DNA of 51,456 nt, the filler included, from Jimgerdemannia flammicorona (Eukaryota), in assembly GCA_003990765.1 (NCBI GenBank). It is 2 parts of 2 records of this genome, joined end to end, with 100 filler letters (N's around TTAATTAATTAA, not from the genome) between each part and the next. Parts side by side here need not be neighbours in the genome. Positions count along the whole stretch, not along the records: positions 1 to 25,686 come from RBNJ01000804.1; positions 25,787 to 51,456 come from RBNJ01000805.1. The stretch is one strand, 5' to 3'. Shown here piece after piece: positions 23,683 through 35,425 of this stretch (positions within the stretch are counted from its first letter, which is position 1; each line of letters opens with the position of its first letter). The notes below the pieces were generated by a model. The model was not told where the DNA came from. It did not search any database and was given only the letters and a program-made list of their open reading frames with translations. A program made the translations under genes and the position numbers.

Positions 23683-24503
23683 AGTTTGGAGGCTAGAGGT
23701 TGAGGTGGAGAAGATCAGCGTAATCTCTAAGAATAAGGGAAATGGTCCTGCCTAATGCAGTTCCAAACTCTATGTCAAATATTAGGAAATAATAAATAGT
23801 GGAAGAGCTGGCGTTACGAAGCCAGTATCTGGTGGCAAAGAGACAAAGATTAATGAGCTTTGTATATTGTGTTAAATTCCGGAGAAAAGGACGAAGGCGG
23901 ACGAGATGTGGAAGATCCCAGTGGCAATAAGCTTTGCAACACATACGACAGTTCAACCAAGACAATAACTGATTACAGGCGGTGCATGTCCGTTGTAGCG
24001 AGATGGAATAACAGTACATTTTTTAAAAGTATTTGAGTGACGCCCCGCTCGACGGATTCGGTAGAGCCGTGAATGCCACACACGCCGGAGTGTGACACCA
24101 TACTAGCATTGCGAGTATTAGGAATTGAAACAGTAGCGCCAATATTAGAATTTCGCCCAGCTGGAATCCGATAGCAACTGGTGGTGCCAAAACGATACCT
24201 AGCTCATACTGCAGCTGCGTGAATACAAAAGTTGGACCGGCGATGTCCCGTGGTTCCGGAACCTCGAGACCAAAATCACCAAGTTCTCCTAGACGAAAGA
24301 AGCGATATGAGACGAACAAACCAATTTCCGGAAAGTTGAGTGTGTGCGGAAATTTGCGAGAGGAGCCTAAACAAGACTGGGTGACGTGTTTGAGCGATGA
24401 GAGGTGCTATAAACGCAATAATTACAAAGGCAATGGCATTTACTTGAAATTCTCAGATGCGGTGAGCAAAGTCTGGTGGAGAAATTCTGCCAGTAGTAGC
24501 TAA

Positions 24504-25100
24504 TGTAACAATAAGCTTCTTTACAAGAACACTTATATATTACTAGAGACTTGACACACATAGTTCAGGAAGCCTTTCTGGTTCTTCTGGGTGGGAAAGC
24601 ACTATGTAATTTCTTGTAGCAGAATAATTCAATGTCCCTGCTATTTAGCAATCAGGGTCTTCTTACTGTTCACAGACTGAATCTCTTGTAATTCTGATTT
24701 CTTTTCAAAATGTTTGTCTATAGATTATATACTGATTTACAGTGAAATAGAAGTTAGCTAGACTTCTGGAGTTTAGTCAGAAATCTAGAGTAACTTAGGT
24801 ATCATTACTAAGAACTCAGGGGATTGTATATATATATAAAGAACTTGTAATTTTCTTTGTTAACTGAACAAAGACTGATTTATTTCAGATTTACTACTAG
24901 GGGAATTTATACATGTTGGCTAACTAATGTGCATGGATTTTGACTAAGTATGTATCCTAAATTGGGTATGTGACTTTGTGTTCTGGACATGTTGAGGACA
25001 TGCCATCATGCTAAGTCATACTGGACAGCTTCTCAACAAAAGTGCAGGTCACAGTGGATTATGCCCAAAACTGCAAGTCACAATGGTTAAGTAATGGTTT
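24504..25100 (-). mobile_element. LTR-like fragment or solo LTR, right boundary uncertain
   Basis: Begins TGTAACA; abrupt CpG-free block in CpG-containing DNA; minus strand GTATAAAT...CTGAAATAAATCAGTC has the TATA/poly-A spacing of the other LTRs. No TSD found. Confidence 0.5.
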
Positions 25101-25686
25101 ACTGTGGTCCGCGTGCTGCGGCCCAATGTTCAAGGTATTCGATATCGATGGATTCAACAGGAACATAACATAGTACACGTTCATTTTTTTATTTTTTATT
25201 TTATTTTTTTTTTTTTCGTGGAGATGCAGCAATTCCGAAAGTCAAATATATATATATATAATCCAGCAATGCGGAAGGGTTAGAAATTGTCTCCCTGTTT
25301 CGCCCTTACTCAAGGAACTCGTCGGTTGGCTTCAAGAGTAGCCAAGACTGGATTGCAGGTTTCTACATGGGCAATAAAAAGCATTCCAGCTGCCAGTTGG
25401 TTTGAACGGCGCTTGAAGAAAGACAACGAGAGAAAACGAGCTAAAAAGGTAAAGTATTTTTCAACCGCAAGATTTCGGCAATGCAATATTAATAGCCGCA
25501 GAGGCAAAACGCACAAGTCCTGTGTAGGATATGGTGAAGAATTAGTTGCAGCAATAACTGCGTGACGCCTGCAGTTGACCCGACTCGCAGAGGTGTAGGT
25601 CGTGCATGGTAGACAGATGTAGGGCGGAGGCGTGAGGGTGTTGGGGAGGGTCGGGGTGTCCGGGGGGGTGGTTTCCTTCCGGGGGG

Positions 25687-25786
25687 NNNNNNNNNNNNNN
25701 NNNNNNNNNNNNNNNNNNNNNNNNNNNNNNTTAATTAATTAANNNNNNNNNNNNNNNNNNNNNNNNNNNNNNNNNNNNNNNNNNNN
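25687..25786. other. Assembly gap with artificial six-frame-stop linker
   Basis: N44-TTAATTAATTAA-N44, exactly 100 nt, flanked by a G run and a 54-nt A run. Confidence 0.95.
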
Positions 25787-25843
<57 letters not shown>

Positions 25844-26309
25844 GAGATCTAAAAAAGTTAAATAGAGAACTGAGATAAAATAAATCATCGAAATATCTAA
25901 AGAGATGAGATAAAAGAAAGAAGAGAGTTAGAGATCCCAGACCTTTTTGGATCTGATTCTTCAAGACTGCTAGCTGCTGCTGTAGCAATAGAATATTTAC
26001 ATATGTATACATATATAATATAAATTAAGACTAATATAGTGTTTCAGTGCTTGTGGAAAAATAAAATCAAATAAAATATAATAAGCAGAGTTGCTTCATG
26101 AACTGTGGTACAAGTTCATTGGCTCAGATGCTTTGGCATCTTCTCTCCCCATGTGCCCTTCCTCATCAAGGGTCTCGCCGATGCCAAATACTCACCATTA
26201 TTCAGCCAAAAAAGGATGAAAAAAAAAAAAAAAAAAACAAAAAACACCCTCAACATAAATTTCCACACCATCCCCATCCCTTTCGCAAGCCTCCCGCTCT
26301 CCCGAATAA

Positions 26310-26525
26310 CACTCACTCCTCCGATACGCCTTCCTCGGTGTCTCCCTCACCAGCGTCCCTGGCCTCCCGAACAGCTCACTCCCCTGATACACCGCCTTCC
26401 TCGGTGTCTCCCTCACCAGCGTCTCCGTCCTCCCAACAACACTCATCACCAGTCCCCATCCTCCCAAAAACATTCACCCCCCTGATACGCCGCCTTCCTC
26501 GGTGCCTCCCTCACCAGCATCCTTG
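26310..26525 (+). repeat. Three imperfect C-rich repeats
   Basis: GATAC(ACC)GCCTTCCTCGGTG(T/C)CTCCCTCACCAGC occurs near 26323, 26386 and 26484. Confidence 0.8.
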
Positions 26526-29005
26526 CTGGATTTCCCAAGCTCGAATTCAACGTCATGTCTCCCGGTGGAACTCACTGCTGCGTCCACGCTGAGGGGCCGG
26601 GCCTTTGGGCATACTCGTGTTGTGCGAAGGGCCGATGCACGTCCATGCATTGTCATTGGAAGAAGTAATTGCACGCCAGCCGCAAAGAGTAACTGTTCGT
26701 CTGTCATCTCTCGGGTGAGGGGAATTATGAGGAGCATGCAGTGTTTCGAGAGGCTCGGTCCGGGAGAATCACCTATGACGGCTGCGCATTTGGCGGTGCT
26801 TGTGCCTGGGATTAGGGAAGGTAAGCCATGAATGAGTTCACTAAAATGACGTAAATGTAAAATCGTCCAAACACAAAACCCCACTCTTGGCTGATAGTAT
26901 CCTTACTCTTTTTCTGTTTTCCCAATGCAATCGACGTCGTATTTCTCTCCTATTCTTTTGAAGTTCTCACCTATATTGAACCCGGGGGCTTTTCCTCTTC
27001 GATCATTAAGCGTGACCTCTTGGAAGGACGCTCGCCTTCTAGTTCTGTGAGAATGAGGAAACCAGGAAAATGATCATTCAGAATGACCAATGGTATGGAC
27101 ATCTAAAACGAACAAGCTCAGGCCTGGTCTTCGGTCGCGAGCTTTCTCCCCAGTCATCTCAACCTCTTGTACAAAGCATCGATCAAAGTCAATTCCGCTT
27201 TGGCCAGATGCCAAGTACTTCCCATTCCTGAATGTAAAACCTAGAAGGACAAGGATAAATATCGTACCTTGCACTACGGTCAAGTATACTTTTCCACATC
27301 GGGTATCTCTTGCAATTGTTGATTCTTCGGAAGACATTTGCAATGTAACAATATATATGATATGAGTTCTAGAATAAACAGATGAGGTTTTAAATTTCAT
27401 CTAACCTGCTATATAATTGTATTTTCGTATACCTTTTATCTTGCGCCTTTTTGCTATGCGCTGATGGTCGTTCACGTTCGACAGACTAAAAAGACGAGAG
27501 CGACAACATATAAATAGATGTGAGATGCTGTTCATACAGGCCACTAGATTTGGAACCTGCTTCATTGCATACGAGATATAAAAGCAATGGGAGGCCATTT
27601 GCGCAGTAATAATAGAAGAAAACTCCCACGTACCTCGGGAAGACTGATGTTGATGATGAGCATTACAAAAGTATTGAATGAATGGTGGGCAAGAGTGCGG
27701 AGTTAAGAAATGAGGGAGGCAATGTAATTTTGAGCTTCGAATCATCTCCCCTCACATGGGGCCTCCAAAAATTGGACACCATGTCAAGGTTCAACCCTCT
27801 CCTCTCCTCTCCTGTCCTGTCCAACTCCTCCTGCAATTCCAGCTCGTCATCATTGAACAGGAGCTTGTGATGACAGGAAAGATCACGGCAGGCTGCAAGA
27901 TGCTGGCAGGCATGGGTGAGGGTGAGTTTTGATGCGGGAATAGAACGGTTGTGCTGGTTGTGACAATTGGAATACGACACGTGAGTCGGATAAAAGTAAA
28001 CTCGGAGGGTGGGAGCGGTTATGTCTGGAAGCGGTCGAGGCTACATGGGACCACCTGTGTTTGCATCTGTGAGTCTCAGGAGTGTGTGGAAGGAGTAGGG
28101 GTCAAAGAGGTCGTCAGGGAGGGAGGTTGTGGTGTCCAAGTCGTCATCGAGCTTAAGAGTGCTTCGAGGTTGACGTTTGGGAGTCATGAGTTCGGGGCTG
28201 TAAGTCAAGAACAGGAAATGATACAGTAAGAGAATGCCTCCTAAGCCCCTTTACTAAACTTTTGGACTCCCAGCTAATATTTACCTGTACGTAAATGAGC
28301 CATCTCCACTCACAGCAACAGAGTTTGCAGTCGGCGATGTGGGGCTTTGGCGTGTGGCGCTACCTAGTTGATTCAGACTAATAAATGAGTGATAGTGTGC
28401 GATCTTTGCCCAACCCAACTGAGAGATGCCACTCTTCATGCGGATGTCGACCAGGCATGCTGGTTGCACACATGACCGATTCGCTCGATCGATCCCTCGA
28501 CAAATAGCATCACCACCTTGTACCTTGTGCTGGTGTTGCTTAGCCAGATTTGCACTATTGAATATTGCTCGGCCTCCATTATTCAACTCCAGGTGTCATC
28601 TTGGTAATCGTATTGTTAGAACACACTTTCCACAATCCGCACGTCAACAATCCTAGCCCAACCGTGGTTCGCGTGTATAAGCAGTGAGATTGATCCATCG
28701 TCCATCGAGGTGTATCCTCGGTATGTTGCTTCTGCTAGGTATATGTCGTCACATGCACGAGCTTCGACTCATTTATGTGTGTGGAGACGAGTCAGTCAAT
28801 GTAAATTCTGGTGTATGTCGAAGATGGCAAACTCACTTGACCGATCCACTTGGCTGCATGACCAATTGCACTGACTGCAGATTACAATGGTGCTGGTTGT
28901 TGCTCAAAATGTACAGAAAGATGCACCGATTTTTATTATTTCCGATTGCAACATTACATCTGAAAATAAGTAGCAAGGCTGGAAGCACAGTTTTTATTTA
29001 TGAAC

Positions 29006-32000
29006 CTATTTAGTCCACCCATCCAACGTGCACTGGTTTTCAAGGGGGCTTTTGGCCTTTACTGCCTTCAACACATCAATTGTTTTCAGCTCGACAAAAT
29101 CCCTGGTGTTTGCACGATCTATCACAATGATCAGTTCTTTGCTTGCTGTATCATATCGGCTGGGGTGTCCCCTGAACTCGCACAGGTATGCAATGAGCAG
29201 GCCGATCGACGCAACGCCCAATTCTGCAGCTCTGCCGAACTTGCTGGCAAGACATTCGATGATGTCTTTCCTCTTCTCGGAGAATGTGTCATGTCGTGGG
29301 TTGTTGAAGAACATGCGAGGTGATACACTTCTGATGGCCTTATTGAAGTCGACAGTTGGTCATAACCTTGCCTGGACAAATACCGGGATCTTAACCGGGC
29401 TGTCAGGGTCTCTATTGTGGTAGACATTGATTACAAAGGTGATGTCAGGGCCCACCATCTTCTCCGGCAGAATGAACGGCAGTTTGGGATCATTGAGATA
29501 CGTGAGGAGGTCACCCGCCGCGCAGAGGTTCGGACAATCCACATTCCAGAGCCCAGTCAGGTGACGGTCTATTTCAATTCTGCTAGAAAACAACTTCGCG
29601 AGGTTGCCGTTGCCGATATAGGGCGAAAACAGCGGATGATCATGCAATCCCCCTTTCCTGCCATCAAACAGTTTTGACAGCAGCTCGAGCAGGTAGCATA
29701 TGAAAAGGTTCCCAAGATGGCTGGCATTCCATTGGTTCTTTCCGATCATTTTTAGTATCCTTCCAGTGACCGTCTTGTATGTTCATGCATATCGCAGATA
29801 TGCCATGACTGCTAACGGTTCGGATATTCCTGCCACCACCACAACGCCTTGCGAGCTCCGCTTGATCTTGTCGAGCCGCGCGAACCCAATCTCTACCGTA
29901 AGTGCAGTGTCTACGCTGTCCACAATGCTGCAGCCCGAGAAAAAGTGGCAGTCGATGATCGTGTCCTCCATATCCGCCCAGAAAGTCATTTCCGAAATAT
30001 GTGGAATCATCTGTGCCAGCTGGCCGACAATTTCACTCAAGGCCTCGTCACGCCATACTTCAACAAGAGCGTCCATGTCACCAGTCGTATGTTTGTCAGA
30101 GCTGTCAAAAGCACACTCCATATACTGGATGACATAGCGGTGACGACCGCGGATATACTCAAATATGGTGTTGGCCTGTCGCTCAGATAGAGTGCCCATA
30201 AACCACTCGATAAATAGCTTTATGTTGTTGACATCATTGAACCCATCTATTATGCAGATAAAGTCATCAGGCTGGATCATCTTGCCGGCCGCCACCACAC
30301 TGCCAGCATCAAGCTTCAGATCGTCTATGCGTAATCCGGTCCCAGACAGAACCGTGCATGTGCCGCAGTCCAGGTCCAAGACCATGCGCAGGAGGATTGC
30401 AAAGAAGGACCTTTTGTTTGTTGACGTTGTTGAATGAAACATATCAATATATTTGTCGACTGTGAGTTGTGCTTCGTCAATTGCAACTGGGACCTGTGCT
30501 TGATCTGGAATGTGGGCCTTGATCAACCCCCGTATCGTTGTCATGGTCTCCACGATTTATTCTTCAATGTCCCACCACTCCAACGACGTAAATGTCTTTG
30601 AGATCGTAACCCAGAAGTCATATGGATCCAGCCCGACATTCTTCGGAAGCAGTTGCATGAGCAGCCATATCTTTGGTGTAAAGGATTCTAGACCCAGCTG
30701 GAGCAGCTTGAGGAGAATGAATAGGCGGTCAGCCAGAACTGTGCGTATTTTGAAGAAGGCTGTGTCGCTGTTCTGCTGGTGCTGGCCTGCCTTTAGTTTG
30801 GGATACAACACACCTACTGCGGCGTCTAGATCGTGAGATCCCATATTCTTGCCAGTGTTCCCGGAGGCGAATGTGAGATATATGCCATATCGTTTGCATA
30901 GCAGCTCATAGACACTTCGCATTTGGGAAAGTCAGTGTCAATCGGACAGTAAAATCTACAGTGTACATCACCTCATATCACAATGCATGTTTATGCAAAA
31001 AAAACGACACTCACCCAGACATTCCAAGCAGCATGAATCAACTTCGCTCATTGGATTCTTTGATCAGCTTTCTGCATACATACCATTCCACATACCTGGT
31101 GTCATCTTCTAGATAAGGGAGACTGTGCAATATGAATTTGGGCAAATTGCTTCTCTTGTCGATTGAAGGAATGTTGGCATTAATGATGTAGGTTACACAG
31201 GGGTGATTGTTGATCTTGTAAGTATTCAGTGGAAATCCGGCAGTAATTATCGCAATAAACGACCTTTTCCAGGCTTTATACAGCACTTCGGCGGCGTCTT
31301 TGACCAGGTCGGCAGAAGGCTGGTATTCTACTTTGTAGGAGAATGGCTCTGGCGAAGGTATCCTTGCTGGCTCTGCATCAAGAGTTTTTTAGATAGGATG
31401 GTCAGACATATAACAGATGAGATGATGTTCAAAGTACACTTATATTGTTGTTGTGATAAATAAATACAATAGTTGATTGATTTAATGTTTGATTGATTAC
31501 AAGTGCCAGACTACATCTGAATACATTTCGGTACTATCGGGTCATGTATGTTCTCGTCATCATGCTGTTTCCACTTTGCACACTGTTTACTAACATTCTT
31601 AACCAAAAGCCCTGCGAGTAAAGTTGGCATGCCATTCAATAACTTTTGTTGTGATAGGCACAAGACCCTACCTAGCTTGTCACCACTATAAAGCATCGGC
31701 TTTGGCATGACAACTAATGGTTGGCGAACAAATGGCATGTTAGTCATCATCAATACGCGTAACCTGGTGTGTCAGCAGATGCATACTTGCCTGGTTTGTT
31801 TGCTTTGCAAGGTCGTCTCGCACGAGCGATAGATCGTGGCTCGACTGCAGGGGGTGCTACAATTGCAGGGTGCTGGACAACGATGTGAATGTGTTTGTCT
31901 GCAAGGTTGTTAGGGAAATATCGCCCAACTTTGTGCAGCGCGAGTAGCTTCATGCCTCCTAGCATCATCTCAATGTCAACATCGGTGGTAACCTCCAGGA

Positions 32001-32214
32001 GGGCGACCTCGTCAGATTCGTCGATAGGTATATCAACCTTCCAGAGCACAAGCTCATTTGCAGCAATATTGTCGAAATGCAGCATCATCTCTACCTTTAT
32101 CAATCTTTTGAAAGCTGCAATACTTTGAGTCATCTTGATTTCAACTTTGAAAGCACGTTCGGATAGAGGGGTGTCACCTTGAACCACGCAGTTGAGGGTT
32201 ATGGTAGTAGCCAT
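29006..32214 (-). pseudogene. Crinkler (CRN)-family gene: ubiquitin-like header + P-loop NTPase + PD-(D/E)xK-like C-terminus; multi-exon, with in-frame stops
   Basis: N-terminus MATTITLNCVVQGD..AFKVEI..ANELVLWKVDIP..HIHIVVQHP (LWKV and HIxV motifs of fungal CRNs); LLGMSG before an intron then RSVYELL (Walker A region, damaged); VAIDEAQ (Walker B); PEKMVGPDI...VFVQAR (REase-like). Stops at ~30554, ~29783 and ~29360. Confidence 0.85.
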
Positions 32215-32449
32215 GTTTGCAATGAGCAGTGTGCAGCATGTCAAAGCACATAACGGCAATTTGATGACTTCACGCGTTTGGTATGTGACATTGCTGCGAT
32301 TCGTCACACCCATAAAGTACAACCTGGCATAGTTGAATAAGTGTATAAGTCAGTCCCACAGATGCATCCTAGCATTTCAGTATTCCAGTATACAATATTG
32401 GAAAACCACACTCTATCCAACTATATGACAGATCCATGTTAGTAAAATA

Positions 32450-33019
32450 TAGTACTCTTAAAATAAATTAAATTAAGATCAATAACCTTTATTGTGCTAG
32501 ATTCTACTAGATACAAATATAATGAAGTATAATTTTTCAGTTATTAAATATCAAAAATTAAGGTTTAAATTGAACTAAAATTAAATTAGACCTCAGTTTG
32601 ATTTAAATTGAATTTACTTTCAATTTAATTAAAATATTTCAAATAAAATTAAATTGAAGTCAAATTTAATCTAGTTAGACAAATAATTATAATTTCAATT
32701 TAACTGAGAATATATAATAAGAATCTAAATAAATTAAATTAAATTAAAATTTAATAAAACTTAAGTTTAATTTTAGTTTTCACAATTTAATAACTTAGAA
32801 ATATATATATATTATAACTTATTTAGTTCATCTCATATAGAGAAATCTATTGTAACAAATTTAGATATATTTTAAATTAAATATAATATTAATTTAATTT
32901 GAACTATACTAAATTAGATATCAATTTTAACTTAAATTAAAAAATTCTTAATTCAATTTAATTTAACTCAATCTTAATTTAAAATAATTTAAATTTATTC
33001 AATTTGTTTCAAAGTATTA
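32450..33019. mobile_element. Degenerate AT-rich fold-back element related to the MITE at 6226-6509
   Basis: Ends TAGTACTCTTAAAATAAATTAAATT and (reverse complement) TAATACTTTGAAACAAATTGAAT resemble the MITE TIR; internal AGTTATTAAATATCAAAAATTAAGGTTTAAATT resembles MITE 6430-6460. No clean TSD. Confidence 0.55.
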
Positions 33020-33402
33020 ATATATAGTCAAGTTACTTATTCTGTTAAGTTATTAATCTATACTATTATATAATAATATCTAAATCAACTTTTATAATAT
33101 ATTTTAACTTTAATATTATTTGATATATTGAAGTAAAAAAGTATACTCTTATTATATCTTTTAATTATACTTTTATTTTATCTGATTAATATATTAATTA
33201 GTAAAATTTATATTAAAGTTAAAATTTATTTAAATATATATCTTATTTAGATCAATATATAGTTATTTATATATTTGAATAAATATATATAATATGATAG
33301 TTGATCTAAATTAAGAATATAAATCAGAGAAATAGATATTTAATTATGGTACCTAAATCCAATTTCTAAATATAGTATAACCTTATAAATAGTAGTTATT
33401 TT

Positions 33403-33495
33403 ATGAATGTTAAAGTTTTAGCAAATGTTAAACTCTTTGTAAATGTTACGATTTTGGCAATTATCAAAGATTTAGTAGATGTTGAAAGATTTGAT
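33403..33495 (+). repeat. ~18-bp degenerate tandem repeat, ~5 copies, upstream of the Gypsy LTR TATA box
   Basis: ATGAATGTTAAAGTTTTA / GCAAATGTTAAACTCTTT / GTAAATGTTACGATTTTG / GCAATTATCAAAGATTTA / GTAGATGTTGAAAGATTTG. Confidence 0.6.
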
Positions 33496-33859
33496 ACTTG
33501 TGAAAAGTAACTCACAACTTAGTCACCTTATAGCTAGCAAACTTATATAAATATCTCTAGTATCTAGAGTAAATAAACCTCAGATTAAAATATTTTAAAC
33601 TAAAGAAAAAGTAAAGGAACTAGTAAGTCTATAGGCAGATATACTTTGAACTCACCCACTCCTATATATATCTCAAGAACTCTACAAAGTCAAAGAAGAT
33701 CAAGTTTTTAAGATACAGAAATCTAATATAGTTATATAGTTATATATTTACTACATTACAACTTGGTGTCTATTGGCTGATGATTTCTCTCACTTTCAAA
33801 CTAAATAACAAATAACTGCTACTATCTGAATAACTATACAAATTGAATCAAGACATTTA

Positions 33860-34788
33860 GATAAGATAGATATAAGACTACCAGTATTCTACAGATATAT
33901 ATATCTCAGATGAATCAATTATTAACTTTATTGATAATTTTGAGTAGTATACTGCTTTAAGGACTCTGACAGCAGCACAGCAAGTAGTCCTCATGTCCTT
34001 CAGTCTATAAGGTCCTGCAAGAGCAGCATTTACAGCTGCAACCTATATAGGAAATAATGTTGATACTATACTGATAGCACAGAAGACCTAGCTCTAAGTT
34101 ATCTATAATGCAGATAAGATCAAGTAAGCTCTGAAAGATCAGCTCAATATAATATGCTAAGGAATGAGTAAGGATCCAAATACATTCTATACTAGAATTT
34201 GATATTAGATAATTTTTGCTGATTATACTGATGCTATCTGAGATCAAGTAGCTGAAGCAATCTTCATAAAAGGAGTTTACTCTGAGATAGTCATAGCTAT
34301 CTACTTTACCAATAGTCCTGGATCTAGTACAAAAGGTCACCTATGCTCTATAATATTAAATAGCCAGATATCTACAAGATCATACAATGGAAAGAGTTAC
34401 TGGAGTTAGAATTAAAGCACTCAAGATAACCAGTATAATCTCTACTGCAGTGATTAATCAAAACACATCTTAGCCAAAAGCTACTGAGCAGCAGAGAAAT
34501 AGTGACTCAATGGAGAAACTTGTTAAGAAGTTTGCTGAAATAATAGTCTATCTAAAAGATGTAGTAAAAGAAATTAAAGGAAGAGACTACCACCTAGTTC
34601 AAAAGTTTGCTACTACTGTAAACAAGAAGAGAGATACCTGCTATATCTGTGGAGAAGAAGGCCACTACTCATATAAATATATAAGCAAAACCAAACACAA
34701 GGCCCAGCTAAGCAATGCTACTCAAAATAAGGAACAGGTCAACATCATCACCTTCAAGGAGATTGGAGAATCAGATAAAGAAGAATAG
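33860..34788 (+). pseudogene. Gypsy gag relic with CCHC zinc knuckle
   Basis: LPVFY..ESIINFIDNFE..SL*GPARA capsid-like start; CYICGEEGHYSYKY with the last Cys mutated to Tyr. Confidence 0.78.
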
Positions 34789-35425
34789 AAAGCCTATCCT
34801 ATAGAGATTATTAAAAATGATGTCTATAAGCAACTTTATAAGAGACCACCAGAAAGACCCAAGAAGTACTCTGTAGAAAAATAGATAGAAACTGCTACAG
34901 AAAGCCGAGATAAAGAAATAGATCACTGGAATAGGCTATATAAGATATTATTCAAGGAACTACTCCAGCCAATAAAGAAGAAAAGAAGAAGAAGCTTTGC
35001 AAGACCAAGACTTTCAAATATAATATCTTCAAGGATCTTAGCCAACAGAAGGTCAATGCAACCTTCAGCTAGCTGGCAGAAATACTCACATTCAGATAGC
35101 AAATAAGATATAGACTTGCCAAGATAACTAAGAAGTAAGGTTGGAAGATAACTGATGCCAATAATATTTAAGCAGACTTTAGAAAAGAGAGTGAAAATAA
35201 TCATAAGACATCTGCCTATACAACCTATTAAATCAAAGATAGAATCTTTGAAGCAATTATTAACACTAGAGTAGGAGAATGTCTCCTCAGTAAAAAAGCA
35301 GTAGACTGCCTAGATTGGGAGGTTGAAGAAGTAACCAAATTAGCATCTTTCTCCAGTAACATTCAGGTTACATGATCCTTTGGCAATACTTTCGACACAG
35401 TTTCTGGAGAAAAGCTACTAGTATC

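Noticed and set aside
25731..25742. TTAATTAATTAA palindrome as a biological site
   Set aside because: Centred in a symmetric N spacer; it is an assembly linker.
26474..27400. Possible multi-exon membrane-protein gene on the minus strand
   Set aside because: Hydrophobic stretches are present but I found no recognisable motif or defensible exon chain.
27660..28280. Possible 3' fragment of another retroelement on the minus strand
   Set aside because: Compositional hint only; no RT, zinc-finger, poly-A or TSD evidence.
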